Of a DNA stretch of 8,908 nt, positions 1 through 7,311 are shown in pieces (the stretch's first letter is position 1; each line of letters starts with the position of its first letter). This DNA comes from Candidatus Helarchaeota ASGARD archaeon Hel_GB_B. GTDB lineage: Archaea; Asgardarchaeota; Lokiarchaeia; Helarchaeales; HEL-GB-B. The stretch lies in the NCBI GenBank assembly GCA_005191425.1, contig SUPR01000120.1, positions 1 to 8,908 on the forward strand, given 5' to 3'. A model generated the notes under the pieces. It saw only the letters and a list, made by a program, of their open reading frames with translations, was not told where the DNA came from and did not search any database. The translations under genes were made by a program, and so were the position numbers.

Positions 1-1899
1 TTTTTCTCCTCCCCCCTTGTGAGAGGAAATACCTAATAAATATTCCGCTCTGATTTCCTCAGGAGTTAGTGAGCGATTCCAAATTTTTACTTCGTCTATT
101 GTTCCGTTGAAGTAATAGGTGTATCCGCCGTGACCGATTCTCCAATTTCCTGAGTTCAGAACAATATCCCCTGTTTTGTCAACACTCTTTTTTAACACAC
201 CATTTACATAAAGTTTCATTGCTTGTTTGTCATATGTTCCTACTACGAAATACCATTTTCCTGTTTCAATATCTGTAGAAATCACAGTCTTTTCAGAAGA
301 ATTTGCTATTTGGAAATTAATAACTGAATTGCCATACCCCACTTTGAGACCCGGACCTTCATTCCACTCATCTCCTTTCAAAACAACACCTGCCCATTTA
401 TTAGGAACTTCTGATAAAAATATCCACGCACTTATAGTAATTCCATTTGGAAAATTTTGTAGACTTGAGGGATTTCCTATGTTCACATAATCATTTCCTT
501 TAAATTCCAAAGCGGAGCCGAATTTTCCACCAACTCTACTCGCTCCATAAATTGTTCCGTCATTATTGTTTTGAGAATCATAAGCAATATTTCCTGTTTT
601 TTCATCAAAACTCCAATAAGAAACTAAATTTTCGCCATTTGAAGAAGTTAATTTCATTAATTCTTGATCTTCCGCTCCCTTGTTTCCATAATTTTGTGTA
701 TTAGAATCGGTGATATGTATTTTTTCTATTGTTGCTTCACAATATTCAACATCGTTATAAACAATAGAATTGTTATATGCAGAAGTTCCTTCATAAATAC
801 AATAAGTATAATTATCTCCTTCTATAACATTACCCATAACGATGTTGTCTCTGGAAACACTATTTGAAATTTGAATTGCTGGATATTGTCCGCCTGTCGG
901 CCCTTCTTCAAACCTATTACCTATTATTAACCAATATCTTGCTCTATTATATCCAACAATTTGTTCTTTAACAGGATGTTCAAATAAATTACCCATTATC
1001 ACTATATTATCTGTCCATTCGTATTTGATATGTCTTACATTGCTCCAAAAATGATTATTTATAATTCTATTATCCCACGCTGAACTTCCATATATCCCTG
1101 CTGAAGTCGAAGAATCAGTGTCAATCCCGTTATTTGAAATGAAATTACCTGAAATTTCATTATCTACACTATGATATATTCCAATATGTGAATTTGAATG
1201 AATATCTGAATCAACAATTTTATTCATATAACCTCCAAAGTGTATGTCTATACCAACATAACAGTCTACAACTGAAATTCTTTCAAATATACAAGATTGA
1301 CATCTCATTACAATTCCTGAATTATTAATATTGTTGTTTTTGTTTCCGTCCAACTTCAAATCTCTAAGCTCTAAATTGTATATTGTAAAATCCGTATTTG
1401 TAGATTCGATAAGCGATTTATTGATGTTATCTGCCAATTTTAAAATCGTCGATTCCTTACCTTGACCTCTTATTATTAAATTGTTCCTATAACGTGGTTC
1501 TATTCGAATTGAATCCGTAAGAATGTAAGTCCCTTCTTTAATATATATATCTGCATTTTGATAATTACAATCTTCCAAAACTCCATTAATCACAGTAGCA
1601 GCATCTGAACTCGATAATATAATATTACCTGAAGAATTTTTCGCATAATACATTGAACCATCAGTCCAAATAACATAATCCGCAGTTTCTTGAAGAGAAG
1701 GAGAATTTATAATTTCATAATTATTCATATCTATATCTCCCATAGAGGTGAATCCATCTATATAAGTAACGTTAATCGTATCAGTAGTTCCGTCAATGTA
1801 TATCGCAGAACTTACGATACTAGTTAATATTATTAAAATAAAAACAATACCGAGTAAGCTGAGAAAATTCTGTTGTTTTTGTATCATTTTAAATTTCAT
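1..1899 (-). CDS. Secreted right-handed beta-helix (pectate lyase/tailspike-like) protein with a C-terminal LamG (concanavalin A-like) domain; 3'-partial, at least 633 aa
   Basis: Not in the ORF track. I checked every codon in this frame: there is no stop from ATG 1899 to base 1, and an upstream in-frame TAA lies at 1914..1912 (alternative ATG at 1887). It begins MKFKMIQKQQNFLSLLGIVFILIILTSIVSSA (signal peptide). It continues with IYIKEGTYIL..LIIRGQGKESTILKL..LELRDLKLDGNKNN and repeated N(x)I(x)GN/N(x)I(x)NN turns (beta-helix, about 1600-690). It then has LVSYWSFDE..GKFGSALEFKG..TISAWI..WYFVVGTYD..KLYVNG..FNGTIDEVKIWNRSLTPEEI (LamG, about 630-40). Confidence 0.9.
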   Translation of the reverse strand, partial: MKFKMIQKQQNFLSLLGIVFILIILTSIVSSAIYIDGTTDTINVTYIDGFTSMGDIDMNNYEIINSPSLQETADYVIWTDGSMYYAKNSSGNIILSSSDAATVINGVLEDCNYQNADIYIKEGTYILTDSIRIEPRYRNNLIIRGQGKESTILKLADNINKSLIESTNTDFTIYNLELRDLKLDGNKNNNINNSGIVMRCQSCIFERISVVDCYVGIDIHFGGYMNKIVDSDIHSNSHIGIYHSVDNEISGNFISNNGIDTDSSTSAGIYGSSAWDNRIINNHFWSNVRHIKYEWTDNIVIMGNLFEHPVKEQIVGYNRARYWLIIGNRFEEGPTGGQYPAIQISNSVSRDNIVMGNVIEGDNYTYCIYEGTSAYNNSIVYNDVEYCEATIEKIHITDSNTQNYGNKGAEDQELMKLTSSNGENLVSYWSFDEKTGNIAYDSQNNNDGTIYGASRVGGKFGSALEFKGNDYVNIGNPSSLQNFPNGITISAWIFLSEVPNKWAGVVLKGDEWNEGPGLKVGYGNSVINFQIANSSEKTVISTDIETGKWYFVVGTYDKQAMKLYVNGVLKKSVDKTGDIVLNSGNWRIGHGGYTYYFNGTIDEVKIWNRSLTPEEIRAEYLLGISSHKGGGEK

Positions 1900-1974
1900 A
1901 ATTATAATATTTTAATTTATATAAAAATTAAATTTAAATTTATTATTATTAATTTTTTAACTTATTAAGAATTT

Positions 1975-3777
1975 TCATTTTTTAAAAAACGGATATAAAA
2001 TTATTATTAACAATAATAGAACTGAGAGAATATGCCAAAGTTTTATTTCGAATCCACTTTTTGGAAGTGGAAAAATTGTAGTATTTAAAAAAATTATAAG
2101 CTTTTCGAGAGAAAAAATATAAGATTTTCCAATTCTCATTACAATCGGAAAACTTTTCGCGTAATTCGAAGAAATAAATTTCAAATTACTCTGATAATCT
2201 CTTCCAATTTCGACATCTTTTGGAACTCGGATATCGAAATAAATCCATCTCTCAGAATTCCCGACGATATCGAAATCGAGAATCTGAGCCCAATTTTTTT
2301 CGTCGAGAGATAAATAAATCCAATTTTTACTCTCGTCATTAGATTCAATTTCAACTCTAATATGAATCGTTTTCTCAGAAGGATTTATAATTTTAAGAGC
2401 ACAACCTTTTTCTAGACCAAAACATCGAATTTTACTTCCCGGATATCCAAATAGAACTAAGTGATCTAAATTCAATTCGAAACTCTCATTTTCACAATCG
2501 AGAGGACAATTCTCTGGTGTCTCTCCGATTTCACACACACCATTTCCACAAATCGGAGAAATTTCTCCTCCGCCTCCCCCCGACGTTTCGCTAGTATAAA
2601 AATAAGAAAACTCAATTTTAACTTCATATTCTCCCTCAGATAAAGAACTTGAAGAATGATTTTTACCTATTACTAGAGTCTTAGATGAAGTTAAAAAAGT
2701 TAAATTTTTATTCGAGTTATTAATAGTATAATTTAAGCTCATTAAATTTGACAAACTCTCTGAGATAAAAGGCATCGAAAAATTGATTTTATAATTTCGA
2801 CTCGAGTTGTCTTTAACTAAGATCCAAGTTATATAAGAAACTTGTCGGATATTATCCTCGGTATCGACGATTTTTTTACAATAACCGTAATCTAAATAAT
2901 TTCCTTTAGTATAACCGACGGGACAAATAGTATTTCCAATATCTTTTTGGATTATTGTAGAAGCATTGAGTTGAATAGATAAAATCGTATTAGTCGAAGT
3001 AAAATTTTTAATTATTTTATTTGAAGTTAAATTCGAATAAATCGATGTATTATAATAATTAGAAAAATCAACTTCGATATTTGTAAAATTAATATCGATA
3101 TTTTTGGAAATATTAAGAGTGAAATTATAAATTTGATAAGTATTAACTTCGACAACTGAATCGCTGATTAAAATTGGGAGAGAATAAGATTCACTTAGCC
3201 AATCTCCACTCCACTCTGAATATAAAGTTATATTAGAATTATTTTCTAAAATTCCATTAAAATTTCCTCCTATCGCTAAAATTCCTGAGTATTTGTTATA
3301 ATGATTAATTGAATATTTCAAAGAAGTATTTGCTTTATTTTCTAAAATATCTGATTTATAAATTCTTTGACAACTGAGATTTTTTATTGTCGATGAAAAA
3401 TTATGAAAATACGAATTATTTGTGAAACTGTAATTTATATAATAATCATCGACGCTATTTGAAGAATCATTCGCATATACAGTTCCCGAAAAACTTAAAT
3501 TATTAGAAATATTTAAAAAAATCGGATTCGAATCTCCAAATGAGCAATTAGAATAATCTCCTATCCAAACACAATCTCTATCTAATAAGCCATTTCCATC
3601 TGTCACACCAATTAATAAAATTACTTCGTTTTTGGAACCGAGTTCAGAAATATTGAGAGTTACAACGTTAATCGAAGGTTGAGTATTTGAAGTTCCTCCA
3701 ATTTCAAAAATATCTTCAGCGAATACTATGTTAATTATAATTAAAAATAAAAAAATTAATAAAGTTATTTTTTTCAT
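1975..3777 (-). CDS. Membrane-anchored cell-surface glycoprotein (600 aa) with Gly linker, Cys motif and C-terminal transmembrane helix
   Basis: Signal peptide MKKITLLIFLFLIIINIVFA. About 27 N-x-S/T sequons by manual count. TSGGGGG linker followed by CGNGVCEIGETPENCPLDC. Hydrophobic C-terminus LWHILSVLLLLIIILYPFFKK. Confidence 0.85.
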   Translation of the reverse strand: MKKITLLIFLFLIIINIVFAEDIFEIGGTSNTQPSINVVTLNISELGSKNEVILLIGVTDGNGLLDRDCVWIGDYSNCSFGDSNPIFLNISNNLSFSGTVYANDSSNSVDDYYINYSFTNNSYFHNFSSTIKNLSCQRIYKSDILENKANTSLKYSINHYNKYSGILAIGGNFNGILENNSNITLYSEWSGDWLSESYSLPILISDSVVEVNTYQIYNFTLNISKNIDINFTNIEVDFSNYYNTSIYSNLTSNKIIKNFTSTNTILSIQLNASTIIQKDIGNTICPVGYTKGNYLDYGYCKKIVDTEDNIRQVSYITWILVKDNSSRNYKINFSMPFISESLSNLMSLNYTINNSNKNLTFLTSSKTLVIGKNHSSSSLSEGEYEVKIEFSYFYTSETSGGGGGEISPICGNGVCEIGETPENCPLDCENESFELNLDHLVLFGYPGSKIRCFGLEKGCALKIINPSEKTIHIRVEIESNDESKNWIYLSLDEKNWAQILDFDIVGNSERWIYFDIRVPKDVEIGRDYQSNLKFISSNYAKSFPIVMRIGKSYIFSLEKLIIFLNTTIFPLPKSGFEIKLWHILSVLLLLIIILYPFFKK

Positions 3778-3804
3778 AAAATTATTATTTTAATTTATTT
3801 TAAA

Positions 3805-6411
3805 TTAACTATTCGATTCTATTTTCACTTTGAAATCCATAATCCCATCTCCGTAACAGAAATCATCTTTTATTACATAGAAAATTCTCGAATCGACGAT
3901 TTTTTTCTCCCAAACTCCTTGAGTCGAGGGTGTTATATTTATGAACTCTGTTCCATTGTAATATTTTATATATTCCCCTGAAGTTACTGTAGAATCAATG
4001 CATAGAGCTGTCGTTGTTGAATTAATAAAAGTTCCTGGAGGTGCTATTGAATTATTTGGAAGATAATAATTTAGTGTAATATTTCTAAACCATTTTTTAA
4101 GAGCTGTCTGTTCATCTCCAAAAGTTTGGATAACTGGAGTTCCAGTTCCGTAATCGGAATCATAAAATTCTAAGTTTGGATAAACTGAATTTTTATTTAT
4201 TATATGAGTGTAATTACAAATTCCGTTTGAAACTGAGTACAAAATATCATTAACCTCACAAGAATCTCCATTTACATAATATCCTGAGATTTTTAATTTA
4301 TAAGGAAGAGAAACTCCAGTGTTATTAATCCATTTTACTTTGTTTATATTTGAATTTGCAATTATATCTCTATAGGTATCCCATTTATAATCTGAGATTT
4401 CGATATAAGAAGATAAATTGAAATCTGATACCATTATCGACTGATTCTCAGTGTTATTTAAATTTCCCGCTGTATCGTTAACAAAAGAAGATATATTATA
4501 AGAACCTTTACTTAAACTTATATTTACTTCGTAAATAGTTCCGGAAATTAGAGTCATTAAATAATTTAACATTGAATTATAAACTCGAGCCCAAACCGAA
4601 TCTAAATGGATATCCGAAGCTGAGACGTTAATTTTTATATTTTTTTTATCTACATTTAATATTAAATTTGACAAATTCACAGTTCCATTATAATAATTTA
4701 TCGAAATCTGTTGATTTGAAATTAAAGGATTAATAGTATCTATGATTAATTCTCTAATTTCACTTTGATAAACATCATCTCCCACAGAACAATTAATATA
4801 CCAATTATAAACTCCATCTGAAAGAGATTGATTAGCTATTACAATAGTCGGAGTATTGTTATCTGCAGTTACAGTTCCATACCCTGTATCGTTGATAAAT
4901 AACTCGCAAGGATAAGAATTAAGACTTTTTCCGATCATTGTGAAATTAAAACTTGGTGTCATATTATTTAAAGCTTTTTGATTTGGAGGTGAATTTAATA
5001 TCAATTTCGTGCTGTCTTGTAAATTAAATTTCACTCCATTTTCAGCTTTTAAATTTATCACTGTTATATTACAGTATTCAGAAGTATTTGTTATTATTAT
5101 TTCATCGTAATCTTCCGTGACTTCATAGCTACATTCTTTAAAAGTCGAATTTCTAATAAAATATGGAACTAAAAAAGTTACGTTTACTTCTCCAGTTCCT
5201 ATGGGAGTTATCGTTGCGTTGTGATTTGAAGAACAATTTTCTATTGAATTTATTATATTATTATTGGATGTCGAATATAAATAAGGCATCACATAAAAAG
5301 TTTCGATTGTTGTCGTATTTGATGTTCCTGAACTGTCGTTTGCTGTGATTTTCCATTGTATTATTTTATTACATTGATTAGGAGTTGTATAAGAAAAATT
5401 ACTCCATTTCGGAGTAAGAGAATCTCCTAAATCTATTGTCGAAATATTCGTCCAAGAACCTGTAATATTTAAATTTAAAACTGCTGTATCGAGTTTACCA
5501 GTTAAATTATATTCATATATAGCGTCATTGTAATAGCCTATAACATATAATTTAGTACCATTGTTATTAAATGTCATACCGCTCGGTCTATAATCTTGAG
5601 AAATAACTTTTAAATCGTCATTATAGATTCCTGTACTTACATCATAAGGTGTTGATAAATTATATTCATTTACACCTACACTAGCATAACCTACTATATA
5701 TAATTTAGTACCGTCATTGTTAAAAGCAATACTTTCAGCATTGCCTTCAATATCACTTACATCTAGAAAATCATTATAAATTCCTGTGCTAATATCATAA
5801 GGCGTTGACAAATTATATTCAAATACTTTACTATTATATTCACCCATTACATATAACTTAGTACCATTATTATTAAATGCGATGCCTTTAGGATCTTCAT
5901 CTTGATTGCCAACATATAAATCATCATTATAAACTCCTGTACTTATATCATAAGGCGTTGATAAATTATATTCATATACTTTATAATGTTCAATTCCTAC
6001 GATATATAATTTAGTACCATTATTATTGAAAATCAAATCTTGTGGATAAATATCTTGAGAACTTACACTCAAATTATCATTATATACTGCAGTGCTAATA
6101 TCGTATGGAGTGGATAAATTATATTCATAAATTGCAGCATTTTCTTCACCGATCACATATAACTTAGTACCATTGTTATTAAATACGACACCTGTCGGAT
6201 GATCGTCTTCTGAAATATAAAAATTATCATTATAAATACCTATAGATACATCGTAAGGTATGTCGATAGGAATCCATTTCGCTCTCAACTCTATACTCTC
6301 GTTCATTTTGACATAAGTCAAATTTTGTCCAACATCGCTATAACTTGGCGCAGCTTCAATTAAGTTTAAAAAAGAAATAAATAACAAATTTATAAATATG
6401 ATTTTCTTCAT
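3805..6411 (-). CDS. Secreted surface glycoprotein (868 aa) with five beta-propeller-blade repeats and several Ig-like domains
   Basis: Signal peptide MKKIIFINLLFISFLNLIEA. Five 50-51 aa repeats span aa 52-305. Ig-like segments end in the motifs WKITANDSSG, LSDGVYNWYINC..IIDTINP and YNISSFVNDTAGN. Many sequons; no C-terminal hydrophobic anchor. Confidence 0.87.
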   Translation of the reverse strand: MKKIIFINLLFISFLNLIEAAPSYSDVGQNLTYVKMNESIELRAKWIPIDIPYDVSIGIYNDNFYISEDDHPTGVVFNNNGTKLYVIGEENAAIYEYNLSTPYDISTAVYNDNLSVSSQDIYPQDLIFNNNGTKLYIVGIEHYKVYEYNLSTPYDISTGVYNDDLYVGNQDEDPKGIAFNNNGTKLYVMGEYNSKVFEYNLSTPYDISTGIYNDFLDVSDIEGNAESIAFNNDGTKLYIVGYASVGVNEYNLSTPYDVSTGIYNDDLKVISQDYRPSGMTFNNNGTKLYVIGYYNDAIYEYNLTGKLDTAVLNLNITGSWTNISTIDLGDSLTPKWSNFSYTTPNQCNKIIQWKITANDSSGTSNTTTIETFYVMPYLYSTSNNNIINSIENCSSNHNATITPIGTGEVNVTFLVPYFIRNSTFKECSYEVTEDYDEIIITNTSEYCNITVINLKAENGVKFNLQDSTKLILNSPPNQKALNNMTPSFNFTMIGKSLNSYPCELFINDTGYGTVTADNNTPTIVIANQSLSDGVYNWYINCSVGDDVYQSEIRELIIDTINPLISNQQISINYYNGTVNLSNLILNVDKKNIKINVSASDIHLDSVWARVYNSMLNYLMTLISGTIYEVNISLSKGSYNISSFVNDTAGNLNNTENQSIMVSDFNLSSYIEISDYKWDTYRDIIANSNINKVKWINNTGVSLPYKLKISGYYVNGDSCEVNDILYSVSNGICNYTHIINKNSVYPNLEFYDSDYGTGTPVIQTFGDEQTALKKWFRNITLNYYLPNNSIAPPGTFINSTTTALCIDSTVTSGEYIKYYNGTEFINITPSTQGVWEKKIVDSRIFYVIKDDFCYGDGIMDFKVKIESNS
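5497..6258 (-). repeat. Five tandem in-frame repeats with a 153-nt period, consensus PYD(I/V)STG(I/V)YND-x10-P-x-G-x2-FNNNGTKLY(V/I)xG-x6-YEYNLST
   Basis: The plus-strand word TAGTACC occurs at 5553, 5706, 5859, 6012 and 6165, exactly 153 nt apart. Units are 50, 51, 51, 51 and 51 aa. The pattern fits four-stranded beta-propeller blades. Confidence 0.95.
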
Positions 6412-6422
6412 AATTTTATTAT

Positions 6423-6445
6423 TTTAAAATATAAAAAAGAAAAAA
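6423..6445 (-). terminator. Possible oligo-T (archaeal-type) terminator after the 6452..6997 gene
   Basis: The minus strand reads TTTTTTCTTTTTT shortly after the TGA stop. Specificity is low because the background is AT-rich. Confidence 0.25.
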
Positions 6446-6451
6446 TATTTT

Positions 6452-6997
6452 TCATATTTCACAGAACCAGAACCAAGTCCAACCCATTGTGTTACAAATG
6501 AAAAACTTTATGATATCCCAGAAATTCATTGGATCATCTGGAGGTGAGTAACAAACTCTATAACTTTCTGAGACTTCATCGATTATATAAGGTGTTCCTG
6601 GAACTCCTTGAGTCAAATTAACTCCTATTATTTTCGAAGTGTAATTATATACTCCAGCTTCACTAAAGGTGCAAAGAATTTGATGATCTGGACAATATCC
6701 CGTTGTTATGCTATAAAATTCTCCATCTTCATGTTCACCGTCTTTATCTAGAGACCAAACGCAATACTGATATAATCCCTCACCAGTGTATTTATTAAAA
6801 AAACTCTCATATTCACTGTAACTCTGAGAAAATTGAACTGCATCTCCAATGTAATAGTCACATTCGTCTTCACCTGAACTCACGAAACCGCCTATTTGAA
6901 AAATATCTACAGCAAATGTCATTGGAGTCACCAATAATATCATTATTATTGACATCGAGATCAAATTACTTTTCATAAAATAATAAACTAAAAACAT
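6452..6997 (-). CDS. Small exported protein, possible PKD/Ig-like fold, with an aromatic amphipathic C-terminal tail
   Basis: Hydrophobic N-terminus ending TFA (alternative ATG at 6976). CTFSEAGVYNYT resembles the PKD HTYxxxGxYxV strand. C-terminus FWDIIKFFICNTMGWTWFWFCEI. Confidence 0.75.
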   Translation of the reverse strand: MFLVYYFMKSNLISMSIIMILLVTPMTFAVDIFQIGGFVSSGEDECDYYIGDAVQFSQSYSEYESFFNKYTGEGLYQYCVWSLDKDGEHEDGEFYSITTGYCPDHQILCTFSEAGVYNYTSKIIGVNLTQGVPGTPYIIDEVSESYRVCYSPPDDPMNFWDIIKFFICNTMGWTWFWFCEI

Positions 6998-7128
6998 ATA
7001 TATAATTTCAATTTTTTAAATTTTCGAAATTGTTTTCGAAGAATCGTCGATTAAAATTTTTAAGCTACAACTTAATTACATTTTTAATATTTCTTAATTT
7101 ATTTTTTAAAATTTTTAAATTATAATTT
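6998..7128. promoter_or_regulatory. Divergent intergenic region likely holding promoters for the RHH gene (+) and the leftward gene cluster (-)
   Basis: 131-nt non-coding AT-rich gap between divergent starts at 6997 and 7129. TATA-like TTTTAAA about 25 nt upstream of the RHH ATG. TTTTCGAA occurs at 7021 and 7033. Confidence 0.5.
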
Positions 7129-7299
7129 ATGAGTAAAAAAATCTCTCTACAAATTAGGTTACCGAAAAAAATCATCGAAGAAATCGATAAAGCAATAGCT
7201 AAAGGATTCTACTCTTCGAGATCAGATTATATCCAAGAACAAGTGAGAAAAAGTATATTAGAAAAATTAGAAAAAGAAGTTAAGAGAAAAAATAAATAA
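7129..7299 (+). CDS. Ribbon-helix-helix (CopG/Arc/MetJ superfamily) DNA-binding protein, 56 aa
   Basis: Not in the ORF track. ATG 7129 to TAA 7299 gives MSKKISLQIRLPKKIIEEIDKAIAKGFYSSRSDYIQEQVRKSILEKLEKEVKRKNK. This matches the RHH pattern: alternating beta-strand ISLQIRLP, helix A (IIEEIDKAI), G-x-Y-x-SRS turn, helix B (DYIQEQVRK). Confidence 0.9.
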   Translation: MSKKISLQIRLPKKIIEEIDKAIAKGFYSSRSDYIQEQVRKSILEKLEKEVKRKNK

Positions 7300-7311
7300 T
7301 TTTTTTATTTT
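7300..7311 (+). terminator. Possible oligo-T terminator between the convergent RHH and transglutaminase-like genes
   Basis: TTTTTTTATTTT fills the whole 12-nt gap between the two convergent stop codons. Confidence 0.3.

Noticed and set aside
227-490. 87-aa plus-strand ORF from the track
   Set aside because: Antisense shadow of the LamG domain in the 1..1899 gene; no recognisable features.
664-867. 67-aa plus-strand ORF from the track
   Set aside because: Antisense shadow within the beta-helix gene; its hydrophobicity reflects the AT-rich reverse codons.
3778-3807. Possible read-through or split gene joining the anchorless 868-aa protein to the anchored 600-aa protein
   Set aside because: The downstream gene has its own ATG and a full signal peptide, so two separate genes is the simpler reading.
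5163-5348. 61-aa plus-strand ORF from the track
   Set aside because: Lies wholly antisense to the 868-aa gene; no supporting motif.
5497-6258. Regular repeats considered as a CRISPR array or a diversity-generating retroelement template/variable pair
   Set aside because: The 153-nt units are degenerate, in frame and protein-coding. There is no invariant short repeat with unique spacers, differences are not confined to adenines, and no cas or reverse transcriptase gene is present.
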